Source: Felis catus (Eukaryota). From it: a DNA stretch of 64,000 bases. The notes under the pieces were generated by a model, which saw only the letters and a list, made by a program, of their open reading frames with translations, was not told the origin of the DNA and ran no database searches. The DNA is taken from assembly GCF_018350175.1 (NCBI RefSeq), contig NC_058368.1, positions 159,342,001 through 159,406,000 of the forward strand, read 5' to 3'. Numbering within the stretch: the stretch's first letter is position 1; every line of letters begins with the position of its first letter. Position numbers and translations under genes: made by a program. Positions 25,902 through 39,240 of the stretch are shown here, piece after piece.

Positions 25902-25910
25902 ACTACTACT
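25858..25910. repeat. (TAC)n trinucleotide microsatellite
   Basis: Read directly from the sequence. Confidence 0.98.
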
Positions 25911-26149
25911 AATATTCTCATTTTATTTCAAAAAATAGTAGAGGATTGAGTGTGCAGACTCTAGAGAGTGAAGGGGAGAAATTAAACACACCTTCAACCA
26001 ACATAGTCCTTAGTCATTATTAATTTACCAAATAACTTCTCAGATGGAAATATTATATGTTTTCCAACCTTAATAAGAGCGGTCAAAGTAAAAGCAGATC
26101 ACTTTCATGTTTGTGTTAGTGTATTTTCTCTCATGTGGTTGGATTTGGA

Positions 26150-26450
26150 TGAAATTCAGAGCCTGACTTAAGTACAATGTGAACTGGTTATAAAGCCCCA
26201 TATAGATGCAGCCATTTATTGCTGACAGAGTGTTGACCAAATTTTTATATATATTGGCTGCCTTATTCAGAGTCTGGAGTAAAACCACCTCATATGGCCT
26301 ATATTCTAAAGTGGTACCACTTTCTAGGATGATTGGTGGGGCTTTTAGCAAATCCTGAAGACTACCTGATTCATAGGAACTACCTCAGAAAACTCTAGTA
26401 AACTTGAAACAAGATGTAATGATCACTAAAAGATATGGGGTGTATAATTG
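26150..26450 (+). mobile_element. Possible CR1/L3 3' fragment
   Basis: Weak similarity to the L3 region cagtgtgatgtggctgcc...accacatctggagtattg...gcaccacattttaagaagga. Confidence 0.3.
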
Positions 26451-27329
26451 GCCCTTATACAAAGAGCATACATTCTAGATTTAAGGATTTGTGGCAACAG
26501 TTTAGGTCATTATTCAGGAGGTCTATGCTGAATAGTTAATTTGCCTCTAGTTCTCTGAAACCATTTGTGGTTTGGCCTGTTTTTTCTCTCTAGTGAATAT
26601 TCCTGTTGTTACTATCTATAGACAGTTCATGATTTAGTACCTCCTGCCTCTTAAATGGTTAGTAGTTATTGAAAAGATGTGCTAAAGGCATATATGCTTC
26701 TAAGGTTTCTTCCTGGTGTAAGAAAGACTGAAAGAATTTGAAAAGCTGCAAGACAATGGACAGTATATATTAACAGGAAAAAAAAATATTTCCCACAAAA
26801 TAGTCCATTAAGAAGGAGTTCAAAAGTAGATACATGTATAGAAAATTAAAAAGCTCATTTTAGTACGTACTATTCTTCAAGAACACCTGAATCATGGTTA
26901 ATACTGTACTATTTTGCTGCTTTCTTGAGGTTTGGTTTAGTGTTCCCACTCCTAGCATGAAACGATGAGAATGAAATGAAGTAATATAAGGGTATAACAG
27001 ACCCTGGCAAGGGATAGGATATAAGGAATTCTGCTAAAGAGTGAAGGGATAGTGTGGTTTTACTGAACTCTGTAGTTTCAGAAACAAGATAGTTAAAGCA
27101 TATGTGGCAAGAGGTGTGATTATTTCCTACTCTGCGTATTTCTCTCTCCCCTTATTAATGACTTGGGAGTGGTAGTACCTCCTCTGAGGTATATTGATGA
27201 GTAATTTTAAAAGGGACAGAAGGGTTAAGAGGACAAAGTGATGGCAAGATCTGTTTCACAAATGTTAACTGAACTTTTATATTTGTGTTCTATCTTGTTT
27301 GAAGAAAATCTGTTTCCCTTTTTCCTCTC

Positions 27330-27690
27330 TTTTAGGGATTCTAGGTAGATTACATTTTATTTTTCAAGTTCTCTTGCAGTTAAATGCATCCATGGAAATG
27401 AGTTTTAGCCATTGGATTGGGAGTGGAAATGATGAATGACATAGAGTTCTCCCTGAAAACTTCCTGTGTGAGATCCTCCCTGCTCTTTACCCATCTACCC
27501 CAACAGAGATTTCAAATGATGCAAAGGAAGGCAGAGCCACAGGATCTGGAATATCTGAGTTACTACCTAGAGAATAACTGGCAACATTAGCAACATCACC
27601 TTAGACTTCTGTGTGAACTGTATTTTTTCTAATCTAATGATACTTTGAAGTTTCTTTATTAGCATTTAGACTATCCTGATTAATATAATC
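27330..27690 (+). mobile_element. MaLR LTR (MLT1J/I-like)
   Basis: ctcttgcagttaaatgcatccatg..tgagttttagccattggattgggagtggaaatgatg...ggcagagccacag...tatcctgattaata. Confidence 0.75.
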
Positions 27691-27919
27691 AAGTACAGAT
27701 AAATCAAACCCCTTTGAAATCCCATAAGTGATAAATAGCTTATAGTTCTTGGAAATGTGTGTTTACTATAAATGAAAATTACATGCCTTCCTAAATTCCA
27801 TTAAGTGTATCCAGTGACCTGAACTCCTAACTACAGATACCTAATTCTAATTAAGATGCATGGGAACATTAGGAATGGGATCTAGTGACAGTCCAATACA
27901 AAAGTTATATAAAGCAACA

Positions 27920-28110
27920 GGTAATAATTGCTCATTTATAGTATGCCAGGCCCTATACAGATTCTCTACATATGAACTTATTTTTAGCGTTCCAGTAACC
28001 CTATGAAGTAAGTATTTTTATCTCCCTATTACAGATGTGAAAACTAACTTTTCAGAAATTAGGTAATTTGAATAAAGTTAGGCAATTAGTAAATGGGGTG
28101 TGCTGGACAC
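27920..28110 (-). mobile_element. MIR
   Basis: tatgccaggcc...taaccctatgaagtaagtatttttatctccctattacagatgtgaaaactaa. Confidence 0.8.
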
Positions 28111-29879
28111 AAAGCTGGTTCAGCATGGCAGTTAGGAATACCATTACTTAAGGGCTGTAAGGGCCTTCATCTCTACAGAATTCATCTCTACTATGCCAAG
28201 TCTCAGAGCTGTTTGCTCCTGAAAGACGTTTAGGGAAACATATGGGGGCTCAGTTTTCAGAGCCAGATTACTTAGACTTCTCTGTTGAAGGAAAGGTGTA
28301 GTTATAAGTGACAGAGATCATGAACAAGCATAGGAAGAAAGCTCACCTAGGGAACCAGAAGAAAGTCCTCCAAAGAGATGTTTAAGCTATTCTATGGTGG
28401 GAGGAGTTTGAGAATTCCCAAACTCTTAAATTGGCATTGCAGAAAAATCTTAATCTAGTTTTTTTTTTCAAGCTAATGTGGAGATGATGTTTTTTTCTAG
28501 ACTTTGAAAATCCTGTCCTGTCTAAACTGGGGTGTATGAAGGCACTCTGAAAATTGCGATGATTTGACATTAATCTAGAATCACAGTGTCGGCTGAAGGC
28601 ACACTGTTTAACTGGGCAGCTTGTGAATTGGTAAATAATGCTTTGGTGCAGTACAGTGGCTTGTCTTCATTAAAGAGTGGTCAGAAATTGTATAAACTTA
28701 CCCCCAAATAATAATAATATGAGAATATTGCAAAGCCTGAGGTGCTTAAGAGGATTTATACAGTAACTGGTACATTTTTCTTTTGTATTGCCTTGAAATT
28801 ATGCCAGTTCCCAAAAGAAAAAGAACAAAATATGCAGTGTGATGTTATTAGTTGTGATTTTATGTTCTCTGAGAACCCCTTTCTGTAGAAGGATCATAGC
28901 TCTCTTTATCATTTGCATGGTTCTTATAGGGACTTGATTAAGGTAGCCACTGGGAAAATGCCCTACTTTGGGACATCACCCTGTCTACTCTTTGATTTTC
29001 TGTATCATCTCTCAACCATGGCTTAAAAATATGTATTAAGGGCAAGTGCTTGAGGGAATTGGGGGGGGGGTGGTGGTACTTCTGTGTCCTTATCATAGTA
29101 GAGCTGTGAACATTACAAATTAAAGACAAAGTCAAGGCCAAAGTATCCTGGGCCTTGATTCAAGATATGGGAATAAATTAGAAGGGAAAAAAATAGAGCT
29201 CACAGAATACACTGGCTGCCTCTCACAAACTTTATTTAACACAAAGAAAAAACAAGAAAAGGACACTCCTGAGTAAACACAAGCTCAACATCTCTCTTTT
29301 GTGTCTCAGGGACATGTTCATAATGGTTTGTTTAGGAAACCAAGTGAGGTAAGAAATCTTCCAGAGATGATGGTTCCTAGATTTTCTTCCTTCTCCTTAG
29401 AAAGGCCGGGCATTTCCTAGAAACGTCTTGTGATGGTATGCCGGCCTCCATCTACAAATGTCAAATAGGAGCCTTGTAAATTTGTAGGTCCTACTGATCT
29501 CTCAGCCTCTATCTATTGACCTGGGTTAAAGTAGACTGTAGTGACATACCAGAGAAATATCAGGAACTTGTATGTTCAGTGTGAGATGGTACTTCTTCCC
29601 TCCTTTAGGTATTCATCAGCAAGAGTTAAGTAAGAGCCCCAGAACCCCTGGTAAGATCACCAATCTTTCTGCTCACAGTACTCATAGACTTTCCACTTCT
29701 GTGTGCCTTAGAACCATCAGGACTTTTTTCATCATTGTCTTTATTTATGTTTTTGTGAGTCATCAAAAGCCCAAATGTCTCTGGTCATCCTTCATCTTTT
29801 ATTTATTTTTCTTTTGTTTTTTTTTTTATCCTTCATCTTTTAGATACTAATTACCATAATTTCTGTATATTCCCTTCCC

Positions 29880-30330
29880 AGTTCCTGAAACCCATCCACT
29901 GTACTCTCTGGAATTTCAAGTCCATTATTAACAAAATTCCATAGATCCTCAAATTCTTCTTTGACTGTTCCCTTACTATCTGGCTGTGAGTGAAAATTCA
30001 GTCTCCCTTGAAGAGGGTACTTCCCTGTAGTTGTCACAAGTAATAGATTTTTCTCCTCTCAAGCCCTTTACTGCTGGGTGTCTACGTGGGTCAGTGGTCT
30101 TCTTTGCCTCTCATTCCTGCTTCCAGACAGTTCTTCCTCTTTTCAACCTCTCTCTACCCAGCTTTGAATCATATATATTTTTTTTTTTTGCAACACACTC
30201 TACTAATCCTCCTTGTTTCTTTCACTTATCATCCCTTCAGTCATTTCCCCTTGTCTCTTGAAGATTCATTGTCACTCTCTCCAAGACTACTCTGTCATAA
30301 TTCTTGGTGAGCTTCTCAGATGGTTCTTCT
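29880..30330 (+). mobile_element. L2 ORF2 endonuclease N-terminal fragment
   Basis: Translates HCTLWNFKSIINKIP*IL...LAVSE, similar to the L2 endonuclease start CALWNSRSIINK...LALTETW. Confidence 0.75.
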
Positions 30331-30349
30331 AACACCCTGGTCTCTTAGG

Positions 30350-30775
30350 ACACTTTACCTTGTTCACTCTGTTTGGGCTGTGCTGGCATTCATTCTGGTG
30401 TTTGAACATGTCAGACATGTTTCTAGTTGACCCCTGCCCTTAATGTTGTTCCTGCCTGGAATACTTTCCCCAGGTATTCACAAGTGTTCCTTACCTCAGA
30501 TCTTACTAAAATGATACCTTCTGTTGGTGTTTTTGTATGACTGACTCAAATTAATCACCCCTCCACCTTACTACCTAAACTCCTCCCTGCATCACCTTTC
30601 TCCACATTATATACTATACATTTTGTGTATTTGTTTATTATCTAATTCTCTCTCAGAATTTCAGCTCCTAAAGGACAAGTATTTTTGTATATTTGGCTCA
30701 TTGCTAAATACTCAGCATTTGTAATTATGCCTGCCACATATTAGTCACCCAGATATATGCTGAATGAATAAACAG
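30350..30775 (+). mobile_element. L2a-like 3' end
   Basis: gttcctgcctggaatactttcccc...cagctcctaaaggacaag...tgcctgccacatattag...tgaatgaataaa. Confidence 0.85.
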
Positions 30776-30986
30776 TCCTGTTACTTGTAAAATGACATCA
30801 CCTAGGTTTGATGTATGGGTTTTGATGTATGGGTTTTGAGACATCACATTCTTCCTGCACAGTCACTTGGTTAAATCCCTGCATGACAGCATAGAACTCA
30901 TGTATGCTCACCTAATGTCTTTCCCTGAGCAGGCCAGGACATGGCTTACCACACAGAGCTCTATGGAGAAAATGATTGAATTATTA

Positions 30987-31440
30987 GTTATTAGTTTCCT
31001 GGGGCTGGCATACCAGATACAACAAACTGAATGGCTTAAACAACAGAAATTTACTGCCTGTCAATTCTGAAGGCTAGAAATCCAAGATGAAGGTAACAGC
31101 AGGATTCATTCCTTCTGAGGGATGTGAGCAAGAATTTGTTGTGTTTCCTCTAGCTTGCACTGGTTTGCTGAGACCCTGTGACATTCTGTGGTATGTAGAA
31201 GCATCACACTAATGACTGCCTTTGTCTTCATGTGACATACTTCCTGTGTGCATATCTCTCTCCACACTTTCCTTTTTATAAAGGCATCAGTTATATTGTT
31301 TTAGGGCCCATCCTAATGACATCATTTTAACTTGATTACCTCAGTAAAGACCTTATCTCCAAATAAGGTCACATTCTGAGATACTGGGAGTTAGGACTTC
31401 AACATATGAATTTTGGGAGGATACAATTCAACCCTTAACA
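30987..31440 (-). mobile_element. MaLR solo LTR (MLT1B/C-like)
   Basis: ttagtttcctggggctg...ggcttaaacaacagaaattta...tccaaataaggtcacattctgag...acaattcaacccttaaca. Confidence 0.9.
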
Positions 31441-32159
31441 GAGTTTATATCCCTAATATGGAATAGCATGCTACCAGAGGGGATAAGTGTTTAATCATAC
31501 AGAAAGTCTCAGAGAAAGCAAGTAACTTAATGATAAAAAAGAATTCTCTGAGTATAGACTCCGTGACTGCTTCACCTATACATGTTATTTTAAACTCTTG
31601 AAAAATTAGAGCTATAATAAAGATCATTAGGGTACAGAATAATTAGCAAGAAACTCAGGTCAAGATAGTATAATTTCATTGATTTCAAAATTAATTCATC
31701 ACAGTGGAATCAATTTATATACAGAAAAATAATTGGAATATTTTAATCAAACTTAACACAATTTCAGGAGAAGTCTTGAGAGAGAAAGCAACAGATGTCA
31801 GCCTGACCAGGCTGACAGAAGTGAAAGCTCCCAGGAGATACTTCTGAAATGGTGGGTAATGAATGGCATGCTCATTTTGTCCAAAGGCACAGACTTTTAT
31901 TCCTTCAAACAAATCCAAATATAGGGCTGAGTTTTTTTTTTCAAGGCTGAAAACATATAACAGCTGCTGTTCCCTCTGAAGTGGTAGAGGAATGGCTTCT
32001 TAGAGCTGCGAGTATGTTTTAGCAAAAGCCTAAATATAACAGTGAATATAAAATAAAGTTCACTTCGTTCACATAACATGATGCTCAATAAGGTGAACAG
32101 AATTTTTATGGTAGGGAAAAATGAATTCTGATTTTTTTTCATGATTAGATGATAATGAT

Positions 32160-33280
32160 CATGCATTTATAGAGGTAGTATTAATTATGTGCTTTCTGTA
32201 TATTGGATACAAGTTATTGTCAGATGAGTAAGACACAATTCCTGAACTCAAACTGCTCAAATCTAATGAGAGAGTCAAGAAAATTATCCTTTTAATACAC
32301 TGAAATAAGTGATGTAGAGTATTCTGGAAATAGAAGAGAGAAGCACCTTCCTTACCTTGACCCTGGAAGGATCAGGAAATACATCTAGAATGTCTGATTT
32401 AATCTGAGGAATGCCTTACCTGCAAGAGGAGGGTAGGCAGGGAATTTCAGGTAGCAGAAAAAGCAAGAGTCACAGAGACATGAGGTAGGATACTGGGTAA
32501 AAAGGACTGTGAATAATTCATTATGTCTGGAATTTATTTTAATTTCAAACTTTATTCTAGAAACTACAGGAAGCCATTACATATTTTAAGGCAGGAGAAA
32601 GATATGTTCATATTTCCATTTTAGAAAAAGTTTACTTTGGCACCGATGTGGAAAATGAGTTGGATGGAAGTGAAAAAATAATCAGGAAGATAAAAAGCAG
32701 AGTAATCCGTTTTGCAATTATTTTGACTATGAGCTCATTTTATAAAATGATAAAAGTAGAAAGGAAGATATTGTTGAGATTTGCAGAAGATCAAAACAAC
32801 AGGACCTGGAGAGAGTGAATTAAGTGAGAAATAGGAAGAAGATGATTCCATTGTTGTAGCTGAGGTCTTCATTGAGGATCTGCTGAGTTTGTTGTGTCTC
32901 TGCTGCATCCAGTTAAAAATATCTAATGGCCATTGGATAGGTAAGTCTGAAATATAGGACAGAGACCAAGGGTGGAGATACAGACTTGAGATCCATGTTC
33001 ATAAGGCTGTGGTTGACCTCACCCAAGAGGACAAAACCACCTACATTTAGAATAAAAAAAGGGAAAGAACATATTTTGGGTTTTTCCCCTCCTTCTTAAA
33101 GACCAAAAATAAATAGGTAAAACATAAAACCAAAAAGAACAGGATTAGGAACAACCTGTTACCAGAAGGAAAGAATGTTTAATGAAATTGAATGTTTTAG
33201 GAAAGGCAAGTAACAATGATGGACATGTTCCTAGAGATAGACATATGGGAGATCATTGAAAACCCTGGTAAATGAAGTTT
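32160..33280 (-). mobile_element. L2 fragments
   Basis: Purine-rich antisense L2 (aagacacaattcctgaactca...ggaagccattac...tgctgagtttg...gatcattgaaaaccctgg). Confidence 0.7.
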
Positions 33281-36200
33281 TCTCAAAACATATCTTAAGG
33301 TAATTGAATGCAGTTAATGCATTAATGCATTACTGCAGTTAATGCAGTGCTGATGTTTAATTAATGTCTGTGATATTGAAATTAAAAAAAATCACTCAAT
33401 TCTCTCAGAGCTTATGTTCTAATATGGATGAACTAGAGGCACAAGGATGTGTAAGAGGGAAAAAATTTACGTATATATCTGCAAGAGAAGAAAACTTGTT
33501 TTGTTTGTATTTTAATTTTTATTCCAATAGTTCTTACTATATTTTATGGATTACAAAATAGTAGGGGGAGAGGAAGGATAAGAAGAGACAGATTATGATG
33601 TGTATTGATGAAGCTGTAGTAGGAGAGTGGATATGTGTCATCAGATACAGATAGAACTTGCCAGCAAAAATTTCAGGCGATTCCTCGTCTTCTGTAATCT
33701 ATTTTCTATTCATATTTTCTCTTTTTCTTTATCTTCTCACCCTTGGCTTTTTCTCTTCTCTGACAGCTGCATCAATAAAGGAAAAAAGCTAGATTAGTGG
33801 GAACACAATGCAATATAGCAGTTTGGGTAAAGCCAACTTTCCACTGTACAGGCAATATGGATACATATAAGGAGTCTCACTGGGTTCTACAATCTATGAA
33901 TTTTAATGAAAACATTCTTGGCAAATCACTGACAAAATCTTACAGAGTGAATTTACCCAAGTGTTTAAATTTACATGTAACTATTCATCTCCATGAACAC
34001 TAATGAACTTCATAATGTTGGGGCCATTGTGAAAGATGGTTAAAAACCAAAAATCTACAAGACATGTGCTGTCCTGGAAAAGTTTATAGATACTGAGATG
34101 TTTTTACACTAATCTCAGTTTCCAGGGAAAATAGTTCCAGTGTTAAACTTATGTTAAAATGATAGCTTATATTAAGTCATTGTAGATGTCTTTTATGGAA
34201 TTGCTGTCATAAGAGCTGTGAAATCTCTTTTGCCATTACATCATCACACTGGAATATCCTCAATCCACATTCTCCCTTGCCCACTTGATGCAGGCTCAGA
34301 TCCATAAAGTCCACCTACCTCTGGCTACTTGTTGGTTTCTGGCATTGAGTTGTATTTGAGTGTGATAGTAGAAGCATGTCTTGACAATTTCTCTTTTTTG
34401 CTCCTACATCCTGAGGCTCTCACCTCCATTTCTACCTTAAACTTCCAAGTCTTTGTTGATGATAAAAGGAGACAGCTGAGAACAGACCAGTTTTTCTATA
34501 ATGGTAGGAAATCTTACTTTGGGGCTCTCACACCTCTAAATTCACTATTGTCACCTAAGTAAACTTTTTTTGTCTTTTCCTACAGATAAAGGTAGAAGAA
34601 GAAAGTGGTAGAAGCCATGTTAAAGAAAAAAGGGGGAATAAAAGACAGGGTATCTTGTTTTTTCCTGAATTACTCCTATTTCAGCCCTATTATTCCAGCA
34701 TAATTACATAGTAACATCTGCTTTCATTCTCCAGTGTTTCCCACTTTGGACAACAAATTATATGGTAACATTAATTAAAGTTCTGTTCCAAGAGCCAAAT
34801 AATTATCAAGAGATTAAATGAGACACTCAAGAATATAGTGACAAAATAGTAGAATCTATTAATAATTGACGTTAATAAATAGTAGGAACAACTTTTTTCC
34901 TTTTGATATTTTATTGCCAATCTACTTTTAAAAAAAGGTTTTTATGGAAAGTTTCAAATATATGTAAATAAATAGAACACTATAATAAACCCATGTACTC
35001 CTATGAAACTTCAATAATCATTAATTTACAGCTAAATCATATATATTCTATAATCGATCCATTCTTCCATGTGATTTTTTTCTATAAACTTCATTCTTTA
35101 AAACAGGTTTAGATGTATGAAAAAATTACTAAGATAGTACAGACAGCCCCCATAGACCCCACACACAATTTCTCCAATTTTTAAAATTTTATAATAGCCA
35201 AATGTTATTAACAAACCAATACTATTAACCTTTTTACTAACTGAAGTCTATACTTTATTCACATTTTCTTAGTTTTTACCTATTGTTTTTCTTTCCAAGA
35301 CTCCATCCAGGATACCACATTACATTTAATAATCATATCTCTCTGGGCTGCTCTTGTTTGTGACAGTTTTTACAGTTTATTTGTTTTTGATGAAATTGAG
35401 CGTTTGGAGTACTGGTCAGGTATTTTGTAGATTGTCTATTGGATTTTTATGATGTGTTTCTCATTATTATACTAAGGTTATAAGTTTTGGGGAGGAACAC
35501 CACAGCGTAAAATGTCATTTTCATTACACCATGTTAAGGGAGCATGCTATTGAACATGACTTATCATTGTGGTGTTACCTTCATTACCTAGGTAGGATAG
35601 TGTTTTTCAGGTTTCATTGCTATGAGGCTACTCATTTGTTTTTCCTCTTTACATATTCTCTTTGAAATGAAGCCATTATACACAGCCCACATTTAAGCAG
35701 TGAGAAGTTATGCTCTCGAAAGCATAACATATGTGACATAACATAGCATGGCATAACGTAACATCCTTGAAGGCAACGGGTCTACATAAGTGATTTGGCG
35801 TTCTTCTGTATGAGAAATGTGTCTTATCTTCATCATTTATTTAATTTATATCAATATAAACCCATGGGTATTTATTTTATACTTTAGGTGACAATCCAAT
35901 ACAACTTAATTTTGTTGCTCACATTGTTATTGGTTTGGCTATTGGGAACACTTTCGATTGACTCCCATGTCTTTAACATATGTCCATCGCTTCTTTACTT
36001 TCTCAGACTACAGGATGCTTTCAACTTACCTTGTGTATTTCCTACCCAGATCCTAGAATTAGGTTTTTCTCAAAATGGCTGTAGTCCCTTTCATTGGAGA
36101 ATAGAAATAGAAACCAAGATATGACATTAGGTGTGCTCATTGCTGTTGGAGTGTCATTGGTTCTAGGACCTCTCAGATGGCAGAGCAAGGACTAAACTGT

Positions 36201-36472
36201 GTATATATACATATCTACAAATATTTCCATAGGTAATAATATGTATCTATGTTAAACTATATGAATTCATATGGATAACTTCAACTCTAATCCACTACAA
36301 CATAGATTATTCTAGCCTCCTTCCCTTTCTTATCTGAAAATTCTTACTTTAACAATAAGAAGTCTAACTCCCATATCTTCCATCCTTTTACTTAATTGTT
36401 TAATTCAAATACATATAGGACAGTATTAGAATTGTTAACTTATGCCTGCATGGGAATCAACTTTATTATGTA

Positions 36473-36527
36473 CATTATGTATATTATGTAATTATGTATA
36501 TTATGTAATTATGTATATTATGTAATG
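36473..36527. repeat. 17-bp tandem repeat (attatgtatattatgta) x3
   Basis: Read directly from the sequence. Confidence 0.85.
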
Positions 36528-38627
36528 TACAAGCAGTTTCTTTTGCTTTTATTCTTACAGACTCCACTCATTTACAAAATTAGTTTGTTCAGCACCTTTC
36601 TTCCCAATTCCGTTAAATGAAGTTGTTTCAGACATTTATAATACAGTTAGATTATTTCATCACTCTATATCCCATCCTGGAATCCACTGACTTCTGGAAC
36701 ATTTTTTTAAATTGTCAAACAGTACGTTTCCTTGCTTGTGCTATAAAGTTCTGCAGGTTTCATGTGTGCATAAAAGTCATAACATGTGCATTAAAATATC
36801 AGACAGAATAGTTTCATCATCCTAAAAAATCCCCTGTGCCTCATCTATTCAACCCTCACCATCTGAACCCCTTAAAACCCTCGTTACTAATGATTATTTT
36901 ATTTTCTATAATTTTGCCTTTCCCAGAATGTCATACAACTTGAATTATACAATATGTATGTATCCTTCTGAGAATGTCTTCTTTCACTTATAAATATGCA
37001 CTTAAATTTCCATCTATATTTTTTATAACTTCGTTGCTCGCTTTTTTTAATCACTTTTTCAAATCACTGAATAGTATTCCATTATATGAATGTATCATAG
37101 TTTAAGTATACATTTACCTATTAAAGTCCATCTTAGTTGCTTTGAAGTTTGGGCAATCATCAGTAAAGCTTCTATAAACTCACATGCAGTTTTTGGCATG
37201 GACGTAAGTTTTCAGATTAGTTGGGATAATACCTAAGAGCACAATACTGTATAGTAAGGCTATGTTTATCTTTGTAAAAAACTGGCAAACTTCCAAAGTG
37301 GCTGTACTGTTTCACACTTTAAACAGCCATAAGTGAGAGTCCTATTGCTCTTCATTCTTATCAGCAATGGATTTTATCTTTTTAATTTTATTTCAGACAT
37401 TCTAAGAGGTATGTAGTGGTATATCATTGCTTTAATTTGCAATTCTTTAATGCCACATGATGTTGAGCATCTGTTCATATGCATATTCATCAATTCTATA
37501 TATTATCTTCTTGGGTGAATTGTCTCCCTGTATATTTTACCTATTTTTATTGAGATTTGTTTCCTTATTGTTGAATTTCAAGAGTTCTTTATATATTTTG
37601 GAAATATATCCTTTATTAGATATGTTTTCCAAATATTTTATGCCAAAATTTTTTTGCATGTATCTTGTCTTTTTGTTCTCTTAATAGTGTCTTTCACAAA
37701 ACAGACCTCCAAAAATTTTACTTAAGTCTAACATCAATTTTTCTTCTGTGTATTTTGCTTTTGATGTTCTATCTAAAAACTCAGCATCCAGCCAAGGTCA
37801 CTTAGATTCTTTTCTATATTTTCTTCTAGAAGTTTAATAATTTTGTGCTTACATTTAGGTATATGATGTATTTTGAATTAATTTTTTGTGGAAGGTATAA
37901 GGTTTAAGTTTAGGTTATTTTTTTTAACATGTGGATGCCTAATTGTTCCATCATCCTTTATTAAAAAGATAATCTTTTCTCCATTGAATTGCCTTTGCTC
38001 TTTTATGAAGGATCAGTTTGCTCTATTTGTGTGGGTTTATTTCTAGTTTTTTTAAAAAAATGTCCATTTATCTTTGTGTCCAGTGTTTCACCAATACTAT
38101 ACTGTCTTGACTACTACAGGTGTGTAGCCATTTTTGAAATCAGGTGGTATAAATTCTCCATTTTTTTCCCCTCAATACTGTGCTGATTACTCTAGGTCTT
38201 TTACTTTTCCATATGAATTTTAGAAGCAGTTTGTCAGTATCTCCAAAATAGCTTGTTAGGATTTTAATCATGATTGTGTTCAATCTAATCAAATTGGAAA
38301 GACTAAACAACTTTACAATACTGTCTTTCAGTCCATGATATGGAATAGCATGTCATTTCTTTAGATTTTCTTTGATTTTCACAGTATTCTTGATTTTTAG
38401 CATATAGATCCTATACATATTTTGTTATATTTGTGCCTACATATTTTTTTGTTGTTTTGTAAATGACATTACGTTCTTTGCTAGTATATAGAAAAAAAAA
38501 AAAACATTTGTATAGTAACTTTGTATATAGTGACTTTATTATACTTATTATTCCAAGAACTTTTTGTTGATATTTTGGAATTTTCTACAGAGATAGTCAT
38601 GCCCCTTTTGAATAAAGTTATATTTCA

Positions 38628-38845
38628 GGGAGCCTGGGTGGCTCAGTCAGTTGAGGTCCGACTTTGGCTCAGGTCATGATCTCACGGTCTGCAAGTTTGA
38701 GCCCCGAGTCAGCTCTGTGCTGACAGCTCAGAGCCTGGAGCCTGCTTTGGATTCTGTATGTCCTTCTCTCTCTGCCCCTCCTCCACTCATGCTCTGTCTC
38801 TCTCTCTCTGTCAAAAATAAGTAAACATTAATAGAACTTAAAAAG
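38628..38845 (+). mobile_element. Can-SINE nested in L1
   Basis: TSD agttatatttc on both sides. Confidence 0.95.
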
Positions 38846-39168
38846 AGAGAGTTATATTTCTTCCTTTCCCTTTCCTGCCTTAGTATTGTAAGTAGAACTT
38901 CCAATATAATGTTGAATAGAAGTAATGAGAGAAGACATCTTTGCCCTGTTCCAATCTTAAGTGGAAAGCATCTAGGTTTTTTTTTTTTTTTACCATTAAG
39001 TATAATATTGTCTGTAGATCCCACATTATTTTTAACTGATACTTTAAAAATGTTTGAGAATATCTAAGATTGTTGTGATATTATTTTATTTTTTATATCT
39101 TCCACATCTTGTTCCTACCAATAAACCACTTAATTAGTACCCTCCAAGAACTATAAGTTTGTTTTAAA

Positions 39169-39240
39169 GATAGGATAGGATAGGATAGGATAGGATAGGA
39201 TAGGATAGGATAGGATAGGATAGGATAGGATAGGATAGGA
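39169..39240. repeat. (GATAG)n pentanucleotide microsatellite
   Basis: About 14 perfect units. Confidence 0.98.

Larger units (their letters stand above)
34925..39020 (-). mobile_element. Old L1 (L1MC/MD-like) long 3'UTR plus ORF2 3' part
   Basis: ccatccaggataccacattacattt, gagtactggtcaggtattttgtag, and an antisense ORF2 peptide [25 protein letters not shown] (~[20 protein letters not shown]). Confidence 0.88.

Noticed and set aside
26070..26351. 93-aa ORF as an endogenous viral element
   Set aside because: I recognise no viral motif, and the opposite strand weakly resembles CR1/L3.
34561..34655. Strong acceptor (tttgtcttttcctacag) followed by purine-rich sequence
   Set aside because: Weak donor and unrecognised peptide. 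Such acceptors are common by chance in AT-rich DNA.
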